64,000 bases of DNA, from positions 544,001-608,000 of the forward strand of contig CBDCTJ010000007.1 in NCBI GenBank assembly GCA_965222115.1. Reading direction: 5' to 3'. Made by a program: the position numbers and the translations under genes. Under the pieces are notes generated by a model. It saw only the letters and a program-made list of their open reading frames with translations. It did not search any database and was not told where the DNA came from. This DNA comes from Planctomycetota bacterium (GTDB taxonomy: Bacteria; Planctomycetota; PLA2; JAEUHO01). Positions 48,201-57,619 of this stretch are shown piece after piece. Each line of letters opens with the position of its first letter. Position 1 is the first letter of the stretch.

Positions 48201-48514
48201 CCCCCACACTCGAAATCGCGGGTACGCAACTGTTGGGGACGAGAAATCGTGAAATCACCACGATTACCGCCGCTGGGGAACCCACGTATTTCACGACGAC
48301 GCTCAAAGCCGGCAAGGCCGACGTGTGGGCGGAACGCGCAGTGTATGACCTTCGCTCCGGAGACGTTCGGTTGGACGCACGAAACGGACGCGACGTGCAA
48401 ATTCGCATCGGCGAATCCACGCGACCGAGCCGCCTTCCCTCGATATCCATCAATCTTATGAACGGTACAACGAGCGCAGAAGGCGGCGCCGACATCGTCA
48501 TTCAGCCGCGATAG
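45254..48514 (+). CDS. Large membrane-anchored beta-rich protein, LptC/LptA (OstA)-like
   Basis: ATGA overlap with kdsC; N-terminal TM; repeated beta-jellyroll-like motifs (IARGNVRL, AEGAVEI, ADGGVEG, AERAVYDL). Confidence 0.55.
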   Translation: MKRVLVFLCLAAVGSAILIHRAGGLQHDTPMEDDDPRIRTRSGEVPDTPMSLSDIDGPPVNFGLTRGSVVLAPSERVAWVDPMTGEQVVLPNFFKWRFSADHVDQSSVRPVNVEHQSVECRNVVVDLYRLPRTLDEAKAWQEHGDLNALLDKQIVAARAHAQGSMATQLRSSMPKSERPVRGVSQNTSIRLYESVVIHDRTEGFQVQGKEVTVWPAQHRLTGRGRFVVTHQSLLLTGDGLQMDRDKEGWWRLEVRKNPEFRVKKTSGESNAKLFGGLSTDSLEPSRVRSEGPVVIVRKDGRRESRLKITFPDVVHVEHADGKSLRAGALNLVAVRPADATESAEWNLRDLKASKGVDVEYPDTTPKGAPLLASVKAESLIHQIPRDGSPSRTELVGRPSLVIRGQLPLGFVRSEHDRLHVSCHGRAWIDAVRTAPEGVDLPLQRLRIISLRGGARLERHSKSERAGVAKALFAEDTIDADEMDLLVFIPKKQERTTSTNASPIRDVTAVEFIARGNVRLSGTRVEGATDRIVAKQLHTHAPHVYAQGNGAHYSFPDIPPTQRFAKGTKRDAHASPPADTRVEQAPRRLTWLFHTVLAEGAVEIRTEGAGPAIGLQTHTHAGRIYHDHSRGVTSIEGTSARPADIRVDSTTGREHRLQARRIVMDQVAGTWVADGGVEGDLYMAEGRPGTPIQPRTNVDDAPLTLTIHTDERIDLYLARKTETWTPDMDARQRVVIAGPLRAELTGRNRVVDQLRADRVELTLRPSLGGRSRNGARSRNAGARRPGRGVARARSSTGESEPASTSSSRNITRRSATTKAPTHIRVKARRLTAYGDGAEIRSLEAEEAVSLRGDMGHLTGHALDVDLVGRTARLTGKPASVSPARAYLGKRQEPADIAAKSFALTWSRDTQKPTGLRATSYTTGPSRIRFSRPVKKGGGRERITIFYSGTIDATNTHMRFGKVKVIRELLTATGRRRGRRAELRAPTLEIAGTQLLGTRNREITTITAAGEPTYFTTTLKAGKADVWAERAVYDLRSGDVRLDARNGRDVQIRIGESTRPSRLPSISINLMNGTTSAEGGADIVIQPR

Positions 48515-48581
48515 AAGGACGTTCATGATGGGCCCCGCCTGCAGCGCATTGCTTTGCTTGCCCCCGAGCACGGTTGCATTC

Positions 48582-49004
48582 ATGACGCCGGGCTGGATGG
48601 AGCTGTTGGTCATCGCAACGCTCGCGCTACTAGTATGGGGCGGCGACTTGCCCGATGTCATGCGCAGCCTGGGGCGCGCCTACGGCAAACTACGTGGAAG
48701 CGTGTCCGAGTTTTCACGGCCCGTGCGTGATGAAGTCGAACGTGTCAAACGATCCGCGCGCGATTCGCTCACAACGCGCGTGAATACGACCTCGGGCACG
48801 CCTCCTACGCGATCCACGAACGACGCCGCGGTTGACTCACCGACGACCGCTGATACGCCACGCTACGAGGACGAGGAGGATGCGCTTCTTGACCCCGATG
48901 GGGAATACACGCTCGATGCCTCCCACGACGGACACCCGCAAGACGAAGAACTCGACACTGATTCACGTGAGAACGACTTTGATGACGATCCGCCGTTTGT
49001 TTGA
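48582..49004 (+). CDS. Twin-arginine translocase TatA/TatB family subunit
   Basis: GWMELLVIATLALLVWGGDLPDVMRSLGRAYGKLR followed by an acidic tail. Confidence 0.8.
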   Translation: MTPGWMELLVIATLALLVWGGDLPDVMRSLGRAYGKLRGSVSEFSRPVRDEVERVKRSARDSLTTRVNTTSGTPPTRSTNDAAVDSPTTADTPRYEDEEDALLDPDGEYTLDASHDGHPQDEELDTDSRENDFDDDPPFV

Positions 49005-49036
49005 CGAGAACCAAACAGCGCTCTCGCACCCCCGCG

Positions 49037-49567
49037 CTATTTCGATTCGCTGATTTCGCGCAAGACGCGTTCGTCGCCGGCCTCAAAGATGTTCTGCCAA
49101 CTGTCGTCCTTCTTTGCGTCTACCAAGCTGACATGGTCACGAATCAGTCGGCCGAGCTCATCGCCCAAGGTGGTAAAGAAGAAAATGGAATCGCCGCAGT
49201 GCCTAACGAGTTCTGCGACACAAGCGCGCGATGGCGGTTCACTGACAACAAATGTCCACGTGGCGCCGAACTTGCCAACAGGAAATACACGATGCTCGTG
49301 AAGAACGGTTCCGGGGACACTGCTCACCAACTCCGCATCGACGTTTAGGTCGATCACGGGAATGACAGGCATTTGATAGTTTGCGGACACCAAGCGCGTG
49401 AGCTCGTAGTGGCTCAAAAATCCGGCATCCACCACGACACCACCAAGGGGTTCGCTGTTTTCTTCGGCCGACGTCGCCAACTCATCGGCCTGCTCGGCCG
49501 TCAAGATGCCTTGCCCGACGAAAACGTCGCGCAAACTGCGTCGGAAATAGCGGTCGTATTTGTCCAT
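49037..49567 (-). CDS. Stand-alone MshEN/T2SSE-N domain protein
   Basis: Tandem degenerate motifs SLRDVFVGQGILTAEQ and PLGGVVVDAGFL; then HRVFPV; no ATPase domain. Confidence 0.7.
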   Translation of the reverse strand: MDKYDRYFRRSLRDVFVGQGILTAEQADELATSAEENSEPLGGVVVDAGFLSHYELTRLVSANYQMPVIPVIDLNVDAELVSSVPGTVLHEHRVFPVGKFGATWTFVVSEPPSRACVAELVRHCGDSIFFFTTLGDELGRLIRDHVSLVDAKKDDSWQNIFEAGDERVLREISESK

Positions 49568-49689
49568 CCGGGTCAACTCCAGGCTCCTATCGACCTGTCG
49601 CATGGACGGATGAACGTCAATTCCGAACCTAACTAGACACCATCAATCGATGTCAAGGCCTGGCCATCTTGAATCCTGGGTTACGCCAC

Positions 49690-52173
49690 TTAGATATCGA
49701 GTTCAGTGACTTCCAGCGCGTGGCGTTCGATGAAGGCCCGACGGGGCTCAACGCTCTCGCCCATGAGCAGACTGAAGAGTCGATCGGCCTCCACGGCATC
49801 GGACAGACGGATACGCATGAGCGTGCGGCGATCGGGATCCATGGTGGTTTCCCAAAGTTGATCGGGATTCATCTCGCCCAAGCCCTTGTAACGCGTCACG
49901 TCGATTCCGCGTTGGCCCGATTGGCGAATGGCCTCCAGGACGTCCCGCAAACACTCAAACTCGGCGGGTTCCTGGCCCTCGCGTTGAAGCTGAAAACGCA
50001 ACTCGGGCACACCGCTGCTTGCAAACCAGTGCTTTACGCTTGGCCCAAACCCCTCAATCTCCCTGGCAACGTCTTGAAGGTCGGACGATGCGTAGAGTGG
50101 GGTTAACGTTACGTCGGCCGCTTCACCGCCCACGTCGATGTCGTCGTCGGTGGAGACCACGTGAATGTCCTCGCCCTTTCGAAGCGCGCGTTCCTGTTCC
50201 AAGAATGCGTCCAGTTCTGCCTGACCAAACAAGAGCACATGGTTGTCGGGGTTCAATGAGCTAATCGCAAGCGTGGTGGGGAAACTCCCGTCTTCTCGCA
50301 TGGCCGCAACGTAGTCCTCCGCAGGCACACCGCGCTGGTAGACCGAATGGAGCAACGTTGCGAACCGGCTAAGCGCGGTCACCAAATTCTTAAGACGGAC
50401 ACCCCCTATCGCCGCGTAGCTGCCATGTGAGCCCGGCGTGAGTGCCAACGACTCGGCGCCCAACTCTTCCAACCATCGTTGGAGATCGTCTTCCTCGAAA
50501 ATCCAGCGTTCGGACTTGCCCTTCTTCACGCGGTACAGCGGCGGACACGCCGCGTACACCTTCCCTTCTTCAATCAAGGGGCGCATGTGCCGGAAGAGAA
50601 ACGTGAGCAGCAACGTTCGAATGTGGCTGCCGTCCACATCGGCGTCGGTCATGATGATGACACGTGCGTAGCGGCATCGCGTGGCGTCAAACTCTTCGTT
50701 GCCAATGCCCGTACCCAAAGCCGTAATGAGCGCGCGGATCTCCTCGTGGGCCAACATCTTGTCAATGCGCGCCTTCTCGACATTTAGAATCTTTCCGCGC
50801 AAGGGAAGGATCGCTTGAAAGAACCGGTCGCGCGCCATCTTGGCCGAACCACCTGCCGACTCCCCCTCCACCAACATGATTTCGGTTTGCGCGGCGTCGC
50901 GGCTGGTGCAATCGCTAAGTTTTCCGGGAAGTCCGCCACTACTCAGCGCACTCTTACGCCGAACGAGATCGCGCGCTTTGCGAGCCGCTTCGCGCGCCTG
51001 AAAGGCCTGCAAGACCTTATCGAGGATCGCTCGTGTGGATTTGGGGTTTTCTTCGGCAAAGATCTTGATGCACTCGCCCCACACCTTTTTCACGATGCCT
51101 TCGACTTCGCCGTTTCCAAGTTTGGTCTTGGTCTGACCTTCAAATTGCGGATCGGCGACCTTGACCGATACCACGGCCGTCAATCCCTCACGGTAGTCAT
51201 CACCGCTGGGCTTGCCCGGCCCCTTGAAAATGTTCTCACGCTTCGCATACGTCGAAAGCGCCTGCGTCAACGCGCTCTTAAATCCAGAGACGTGCGTGCC
51301 GCCCTCGCCGGTGCGGATGTTGTTGGCAAAGGAGTGAATGTTTTCCTGATACCCATCATGAAACTGTGCCGCAATCTCGACATTGACGCCTTGTTCGACG
51401 CGGTCCACGTAGATCACGTCTTCATGAAGGACACGTCGCCCCTCATTGAGCATAGTCACAAATTCCTGGATGCCGCCTTCAAAGCGAAACGCGTGCGCGT
51501 GCGCAGGATCCGTCCGCGCATCAGTGAACTCAATCAAGATGCCTTTGTTGAGGAAGGCCAGTTCGCGAAATCGCGGCGCCAGTACATCGGCGTCGAAGCC
51601 GCGGTCGCCAAAGATCTGACGATCGGGTCGAAAGGTCACAATCGTGCCGGTCTTCTGGGTGGACCCGCCCGACGTCATAGGGCCGGTCGCAACGCCACGA
51701 ACGAAGGACTGCGTGTGAATCTGACCGTTTTGATGGACCTCCACATTGCATGATTCGGAAAGCGCGTTGACCACGCTGGCTCCGACTCCGTGGAGACCGC
51801 CTGACACCGCATAGACATCTTTCTTGAATTTCCCACCTGCATGCAACGTCGTATACGCAACAGTAAGGCCCGGCTCACCTTGCTTGGCATTGATGCCGGT
51901 GGGAATTCCACGCCCGTCATCGGTCACGCTGACCGTGTTTTCGGGATCGATTCGAATGTGAATCTCGTTGCAAAACCCAGCCATCGCTTCGTCGATCGCG
52001 TTGTCAACAATCTCGTACACCAAGTGATGCATGCCGCGTTCGCCGGTGTCGCCGATGTACATGCCCGGGCGCAAGCGGACCGCTTCAAGACCTTCAAGTA
52101 CCTGAATGTCGTCAGCCGTGTACTCGCGAGGCGCCGTACCGGGCGCCTCCTGAGGGACATCATCCGAAGCCAT
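49690..52173 (-). CDS. gyrB: DNA gyrase subunit B (with long insertion)
   Basis: LEAVRLRPGMYIG, EIVDNAIDE, GGLHGVG, VEGESAGG, MTDADVDGSHI and RYKGLGEMN motifs. Confidence 0.97.
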   Translation of the reverse strand: MASDDVPQEAPGTAPREYTADDIQVLEGLEAVRLRPGMYIGDTGERGMHHLVYEIVDNAIDEAMAGFCNEIHIRIDPENTVSVTDDGRGIPTGINAKQGEPGLTVAYTTLHAGGKFKKDVYAVSGGLHGVGASVVNALSESCNVEVHQNGQIHTQSFVRGVATGPMTSGGSTQKTGTIVTFRPDRQIFGDRGFDADVLAPRFRELAFLNKGILIEFTDARTDPAHAHAFRFEGGIQEFVTMLNEGRRVLHEDVIYVDRVEQGVNVEIAAQFHDGYQENIHSFANNIRTGEGGTHVSGFKSALTQALSTYAKRENIFKGPGKPSGDDYREGLTAVVSVKVADPQFEGQTKTKLGNGEVEGIVKKVWGECIKIFAEENPKSTRAILDKVLQAFQAREAARKARDLVRRKSALSSGGLPGKLSDCTSRDAAQTEIMLVEGESAGGSAKMARDRFFQAILPLRGKILNVEKARIDKMLAHEEIRALITALGTGIGNEEFDATRCRYARVIIMTDADVDGSHIRTLLLTFLFRHMRPLIEEGKVYAACPPLYRVKKGKSERWIFEEDDLQRWLEELGAESLALTPGSHGSYAAIGGVRLKNLVTALSRFATLLHSVYQRGVPAEDYVAAMREDGSFPTTLAISSLNPDNHVLLFGQAELDAFLEQERALRKGEDIHVVSTDDDIDVGGEAADVTLTPLYASSDLQDVAREIEGFGPSVKHWFASSGVPELRFQLQREGQEPAEFECLRDVLEAIRQSGQRGIDVTRYKGLGEMNPDQLWETTMDPDRRTLMRIRLSDAVEADRLFSLLMGESVEPRRAFIERHALEVTELDI

Positions 52174-52281
52174 ACGCATTCGCCTTTCTGGGCTCGTTGC
52201 ACCGTCGTCACAGGGCGAGCCGATTCGCTCACCCGGCGTACTCAAGCGCTCGTACCGCGGCCTCAAATCTGAGCCGAAGGG

Positions 52282-52719
52282 CTAATCCCTCGCCGTGCCT
52301 GGAATCCCAAAAAACTGGGCTGGGTCGAGCACAAACCGCAATCCCACCAGGGTAATCGAGGGGGCAGCTTCTCGGAGCATTCGAAGCAATCGATCGCGGT
52401 GGTAGTTGACCAATTCATCGCGCAATGCGCTGGATTGGACGGCGATTTCAAGCACACCTCCTCGAATTCGGCGAAGACGCGTGTGATCACGCCACGCGGG
52501 CGTCGCACACCGCCGCCAAGCCTCGTGGAGTGCCTTCGTCACGTGTGCAGAGGGCACGCCGGCGTCCTCCAATGCCCGACCCAAGACGGCCTCGATGGGC
52601 TCCGGCGGGTGGCTGGATCGCGTGCCTTTCTTTGATCGTCTCAATGAAAAGCGATTGGCATGACGCGGCCCGCGGGGTTTCGCGGGTTGCTTAGAAGGTT
52701 CATGGGGCGGATGGGACAT
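52282..52719 (-). CDS. DUF721/DciA family protein
   Basis: Lies between dnaN and gyrB; AW..HTRLRRIRGGVLEIAVQSSALRDEL. Confidence 0.82.
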   Translation of the reverse strand: MSHPPHEPSKQPAKPRGPRHANRFSLRRSKKGTRSSHPPEPIEAVLGRALEDAGVPSAHVTKALHEAWRRCATPAWRDHTRLRRIRGGVLEIAVQSSALRDELVNYHRDRLLRMLREAAPSITLVGLRFVLDPAQFFGIPGTARD

Positions 52720-52801
52720 TGTTCGCTTTACACGGAGGTAGGAGGCGATTCAACGCGAACTACTCGCATCGAGTAACTCGTCATGGACCTACATGTTTTA
52801 A

Positions 52802-53965
52802 TCATTCCAGGTCCACAAGCCCCACGACATACGCGTAGGAATCATTGTCGGACAAGAGGCACGCACGCTTGCCCTTCCCGCATGAAATCGTTACTTCGGC
52901 GCTGGGATCCATGACCTTCAACCCATCCTGCAGCAATACAGGATTGAACCCGAGCCGCTGCGGTGACCCGTCATACGTAGCTGGAATCACGACATTGGCG
53001 TGCCCGATTTCTGTAGCACGCGTTCGAATGGAAATCTCATCTTGATCAATCAAGAACTCGACCGACATGGCATCACGCGTCGTCATGAGTAATGCTTGAC
53101 GAATACCTTGGAGCAACTGGGCAGCAGGGACGCGCACGGTGCAAACCATGTCGGTGGGAATCACGCCGTCGATCGGCGGAAACGCCCCTTCAACCAATCG
53201 CGATACGACCATGCAATCATGAACGCGGAAAAACACTTGACGGTCGGCCACCGCCATGTCCACGCCAGCCGTCGGGCGTGCATTCAACATGCGGTCGACA
53301 AGTGTGAGTGCTTTCGGCATGACGATAAATGCAAGCAGCTTTGCCCCGTCGCTGCTTGCATTGGATTTGACGCCACGCTTACTGTTTTTGTCCTTTGGAG
53401 GCGTTTCGGCTACATGCCGCTCTTCGATGCGCGCCAAACGACGACCATCGGTCGCCACCATTTCGGTGCCCTCCCCCGTCTGCGCATAGCGCACACCGTG
53501 GAGCGCAAAGCGGCCCGGTTCTTTGGCCGTAGCGAACACCGTTCGTCGAATCATGTTCTGGAGCGTAGGTCCCGCTACCGAAACATCGGGCGACTTGGGA
53601 AAAAAAGGAAGTTCAGTAAACTCCTCATACCGCTCCCCGCGTATCTGAAAGTGACTCCGCCCCGTATCCAAAGCTAGGTTGCCACCTTCATCAACCAATG
53701 TGGTTTCGTCTTCGCCGATTTCGCGAACAATGCTGGCTAGCCGTGCAGCAGGCACGACCAGCGTGCCTGCTTCCTCAACCACCGCATCAGAAAAATGAAA
53801 ACGCACGCCTACGTGCATGTCCGCAGCCTCTACACGGGCACCAGTGGTTGGGTCTGCGTGAATCGCAACGCACTCGTGTATCGGTTTGGTACTTTTTTGC
53901 GAGGCCACGGCTGCCCCATACCCCACACCCTCCAACAAAATCTGAGTTGGGATCTTTATTCGCAT
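52802..53965 (-). CDS. dnaN: DNA polymerase III beta clamp
   Basis: GAGG RBS before MRIKIP; IRRTVFAT..RFALHGV, VATDGRRLA, SRLVEGAFP and GFNP motifs. Confidence 0.93.
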   Translation of the reverse strand: MRIKIPTQILLEGVGYGAAVASQKSTKPIHECVAIHADPTTGARVEAADMHVGVRFHFSDAVVEEAGTLVVPAARLASIVREIGEDETTLVDEGGNLALDTGRSHFQIRGERYEEFTELPFFPKSPDVSVAGPTLQNMIRRTVFATAKEPGRFALHGVRYAQTGEGTEMVATDGRRLARIEERHVAETPPKDKNSKRGVKSNASSDGAKLLAFIVMPKALTLVDRMLNARPTAGVDMAVADRQVFFRVHDCMVVSRLVEGAFPPIDGVIPTDMVCTVRVPAAQLLQGIRQALLMTTRDAMSVEFLIDQDEISIRTRATEIGHANVVIPATYDGSPQRLGFNPVLLQDGLKVMDPSAEVTISCGKGKRACLLSDNDSYAYVVGLVDLE

Positions 53966-54407
53966 GTCGAAGACCTCTCTCGTGCCGTGCCGCATGCCAT
54001 TGAAATCACACTGGGCATCGTGCCCGTATGGCTTCGCAATAAAACGTTTAATTGAAAATTGGTAGTAGTCATAGGTCCGGTCGGATTGTGGGAAAACGCG
54101 ACAGGACGCGCGTAACTGACTTTGTCCTCGAATGTTATGCGAAGAGGACGACATGTACACAATGGTGAATTGATCCGCACACCGCGGCGAGCCTTGTGCG
54201 CGAATCGTAGCTTCTTGGCGTGGCGGGAGGGCCATTGGGTTATTGCGTACCCAACGGGCACTCGCGACACGCAAGGTTTCCACTTCTCCTGCGCAGGATA
54301 TTCCACGGGCCGCGCACACTCGGTTGTGGGTGATGGCGTCCGACCTGAGAGCATATTGACGCACCCACAGGCTCGGCCAGAAGACATTGGAGACGATCGA
54401 TCTCGGG
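53966..54407. other. Probable oriC (dnaA-dnaN intergenic region)
   Basis: Degenerate DnaA boxes (e.g. TGTGGGAAA 54087-95), TAG-TAG-TCA-TAG trios (54063-74), AT-rich tract 54038-60. Confidence 0.7.
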
Positions 54408-55997
54408 TCATGCCAGCAAGTCTTCGAGACGAGCGAGATCGCTTGCAAACTCGGGGTTCTTATTTCGTTCGCGGTCCACCGTGCGAACGGCGTACAACAC
54501 CGTGCTGTGGTCGCGTCCACCAAAGTGGTCACCAATCTCTTCAAGCGAGAGTCGCGTCAACTTGCGTGCTAAGAACATAATGATCTGTCGCGGGCGTGAA
54601 ATTGAGCGACCGCGACGCTTTGAGCGCAAATCCGATACGCGGACATGGTATTGCTCGCAAATCAACGACGTAATGTCGTCCAACGTGACGCCTTGTCGTG
54701 CATTTCGAAGGGATGTCGAAAGCGCTTTCTTTGCAAGCTCCATCGTGATGCTGCACTGAAGAATGTCGGCGTGGGCGCGAATGGACTGAAGCGCGCCTTC
54801 CAGTTCGCGAATGTTGTTTCGAAAATTGGCCGCAATGAGCTCCTCGACATCAGGAGGCACGTCAATGCCGTATAGCGACGCCTTCCGCCGAACAATGGCC
54901 ATGCGGGTCTCGGTTTCGGGACGCTCCAATTTGGTGACCAAGCCCCATTGAAAACGCGACATGAGCCGATCCTCGAGATCGGGAATCTCGCGTGGGGCCG
55001 CATCGCTGGAGAGCACGATTTGGCGCTTGAGTTTGTAGAGGTGATTAAACGTGTGGAAGAACTCTTCTTGTGTGCGCTCCTTGCCCTGCAAAAAGTGGAT
55101 ATCGTCAATAACCAAGAGGTGTACGTTGCGGAATCGATCGCGGAACCGTTCGTGATCGTTGCGCTGCACACTTCGTACAAACTCATTGGTCAGCTCTTCG
55201 CACGACATCATGCATATGCGTTCTCCTGGCCGACGCACAACAAACTCGTTGCAAATGGCATGCAGTAGGTGTGTCTTTCCCAGACCTACGGAACTGTGAA
55301 GAAAAAGCGGATTGTACGCTCGGCCCGGATTGTCGGCGACTGCCTTGGCGCTTGCGTACGCCATGTTGTTTGACGGGCCCACCACGAAGTTTTCAAACGA
55401 GTAGCGCTTGTCCAGGGACGCGGTGCCGGCTTCGTAGGGGCTGTCGCTAAACGGGCGCGGAACGTAGCTATCATCGCGGGCTTGCCTCGCCGTGAGGCCA
55501 CTTTCGCCGGGCAGCGAAATGGTGCGCCGCGCGGTGACGCCACCGGCATCTTCGACCGACAAGCTGCCCTTCTCCTGAGCAACGCCCTCGCCTGCGGCCC
55601 TATTATTTTGGGCCGCGGAATCGTGGCTTTCTGGGGTTTGGGGCTCCGAGGGACTCGCCTCCGAGACGGCATTCGAGTCCGCTGACGCTGCGTGGTCCCC
55701 CGAGGGCGTGCTTGAACTCGCTTCCGCCGTGTCATTCGTCACGATTTGGGCATCCGGTACGATTTGGAAGGTGACCCGCACGGCGCCGCCGGTGAGTTGG
55801 GCGGCCTGTTCCGCAATCAAGGTCTGATAGTGCGCCATGTGCCATTCGTAGTAGAAGCGATTGGGTACGCCAATCACCAAGTGTCCCTGAATCCACGTCA
55901 CCACATGCAGTCGGCGAATCCACACGTCGTATTTGGCGGGCGGCACAAGTGAGCGCAAGGTGTCTTTGAGCATGGGGAACAAATGGTCTTGCTGCAT
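54408..55997 (-). CDS. dnaA: Chromosomal replication initiator DnaA (long domain II linker); start uncertain
   Basis: FENFVVGPSN, YNPLFL..GLGKTHL, IDDIHFL..TQEEFFHTFN, NIRELEGAL and FGGRDHSTV motifs. Confidence 0.97.
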   Translation of the reverse strand: MQQDHLFPMLKDTLRSLVPPAKYDVWIRRLHVVTWIQGHLVIGVPNRFYYEWHMAHYQTLIAEQAAQLTGGAVRVTFQIVPDAQIVTNDTAEASSSTPSGDHAASADSNAVSEASPSEPQTPESHDSAAQNNRAAGEGVAQEKGSLSVEDAGGVTARRTISLPGESGLTARQARDDSYVPRPFSDSPYEAGTASLDKRYSFENFVVGPSNNMAYASAKAVADNPGRAYNPLFLHSSVGLGKTHLLHAICNEFVVRRPGERICMMSCEELTNEFVRSVQRNDHERFRDRFRNVHLLVIDDIHFLQGKERTQEEFFHTFNHLYKLKRQIVLSSDAAPREIPDLEDRLMSRFQWGLVTKLERPETETRMAIVRRKASLYGIDVPPDVEELIAANFRNNIRELEGALQSIRAHADILQCSITMELAKKALSTSLRNARQGVTLDDITSLICEQYHVRVSDLRSKRRGRSISRPRQIIMFLARKLTRLSLEEIGDHFGGRDHSTVLYAVRTVDRERNKNPEFASDLARLEDLLA

Positions 55998-56371
55998 GGC
56001 CGTTGATGATCGGCCCGATTCAGACGAGTAGTTGGTCACGTGAATGGATCCCTCCCCAGACCACGGCACCGCATACGGTGTACCATCGTCTGCCGTTGTA
56101 CTTCCTGCCGATTGGTATTCCCTGCCGAATGATCGCCTGTTTGGCTTAATGCCGAAACAAGACCGTGCACGCCAGAAGAAGCATCGCCGTGTTGCAACCG
56201 TGTGGGGCGCCGCTGGCAAGGGCGGGCCCAATGCACTCGTGGCATGCATTCCATGTCGTGAGGTGAGCCAAAACTAGTGCCCTCGTTGCGGGCCGTCAAC
56301 ATCGCAGACAGCAACCGCGTCGGCCCGGACCCGAACAATGTGTAGCCACTAAACGCGATACAATAGGATTA

Positions 56372-57556
56372 TCAGGAGCGGTAATGAGCTTTGGGCCCCC
56401 AAGATCGTATTCGTGAAACACCCTGGAATAGAGTTGACGTCACGCGTGATAGGTCCTTGCGGGTGAGCGTTGTTCCCATGGAAATTCGTATCGTTTGCAA
56501 GGCGGCGTCGTTTGCAAGTCCCATGGCCAACAATGTCGGACTGACATCGTTGCCGCCGAGTGCACACCGACTTCCGGTTGACATGGCGATGCCGGCAAGA
56601 TCCATATGCATCAACAACGATTCGCCCAAGCATCCTGGGATGTGAAACGTGCCAACACCAACACCGCGCGTGAGCGCATCACCGAGTAGCGTTGCGCCAC
56701 AACCTTCTTGCAGGGTCTGTGTCAGCTCGCGAAACTGTTGATCGATGCGATGTCGCTCCTCATGCGGTCGATACACGGCCACCGGAAGTGCGGCTGCGAA
56801 GGAAGCCAAGGCGACAACGCCATAGGAACCGGGTCGCAACCCTTCTTCCTGTACACCACTACGCGCGACCGGCTTCATGGCCACATCACCGTCAAGAATC
56901 ATGGCGCCCGAACCGGGCAGAGCCCCCACCTTCGCGCCGCTCAGCAATGTGACACCATAGGCGGATCGGCGCGGCAATTCACCGCAACGGCCGGGGGCCA
57001 ACGCCGCATCGCAAAGATGCGCGATGCCCCGAGATGCCAATTGTTCAGCCACCAACGAGTCGCCGTAAATCACTCCAGTATCGTGGTTTACAAGCGTAAC
57101 GGCGGCGAAGGCAAGATCGTCGCCCAGCATGGCGTCGAACCGTTCCCTATCGAGCGCGCCCTGCGCATCCAGAGGAATTTCCTCGACGGCGTAACCCCGA
57201 TCGCGCAGCGCGTCTACCGGTCCCGCCACGGCCGGGTGTTCGACAGGTGAGCGCAGAACACGCCGCTGCTTCGGCCCGGCACCGGCCACGAGAGAATTTA
57301 TCGCGAGCCGGGCAGCCTCAGTCGCGCCCGAGGTAAACACCACGCGCCGCGCCCGACACTCAAGACTTGCGGCGATCGCATCACGCGCATCTTCCACAAA
57401 CGCTCGAACGCGCCGGCCTTCCTCATGGGGCGAACTCGGATGTCCGGGCAATATAGATAGGGCACCTTCGGCTGCACGCCGCGCTTCAGGCGTTAGCGGT
57501 GTAGCGGCGACATGGTCGAGGTAGATTCTTGGAGCTGTGGGAGGATGAACATTCAC
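56372..57556 (-). CDS. Cysteine desulfurase-like class V PLP enzyme (divergent)
   Basis: YLDHVAATP, VFTSGATEA, SGAKVG, STGSRC and TIRISMG motifs. Confidence 0.8.
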   Translation of the reverse strand: MNVHPPTAPRIYLDHVAATPLTPEARRAAEGALSILPGHPSSPHEEGRRVRAFVEDARDAIAASLECRARRVVFTSGATEAARLAINSLVAGAGPKQRRVLRSPVEHPAVAGPVDALRDRGYAVEEIPLDAQGALDRERFDAMLGDDLAFAAVTLVNHDTGVIYGDSLVAEQLASRGIAHLCDAALAPGRCGELPRRSAYGVTLLSGAKVGALPGSGAMILDGDVAMKPVARSGVQEEGLRPGSYGVVALASFAAALPVAVYRPHEERHRIDQQFRELTQTLQEGCGATLLGDALTRGVGVGTFHIPGCLGESLLMHMDLAGIAMSTGSRCALGGNDVSPTLLAMGLANDAALQTIRISMGTTLTRKDLSRVTSTLFQGVSRIRSWGPKAHYRS

Positions 57557-57619
57557 ACCACATACGATTCGACCACAACGCGACCTGCGCGCCGTGTTTT
57601 TGGCCACTGCGGAACCTGA

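Noticed and set aside
53966-54544. N-terminal extension of the 580-aa dnaN ORF
   Set aside because: Overlaps the dnaA 3' end and the oriC-like region; beta-clamp similarity and an RBS begin at 53965.
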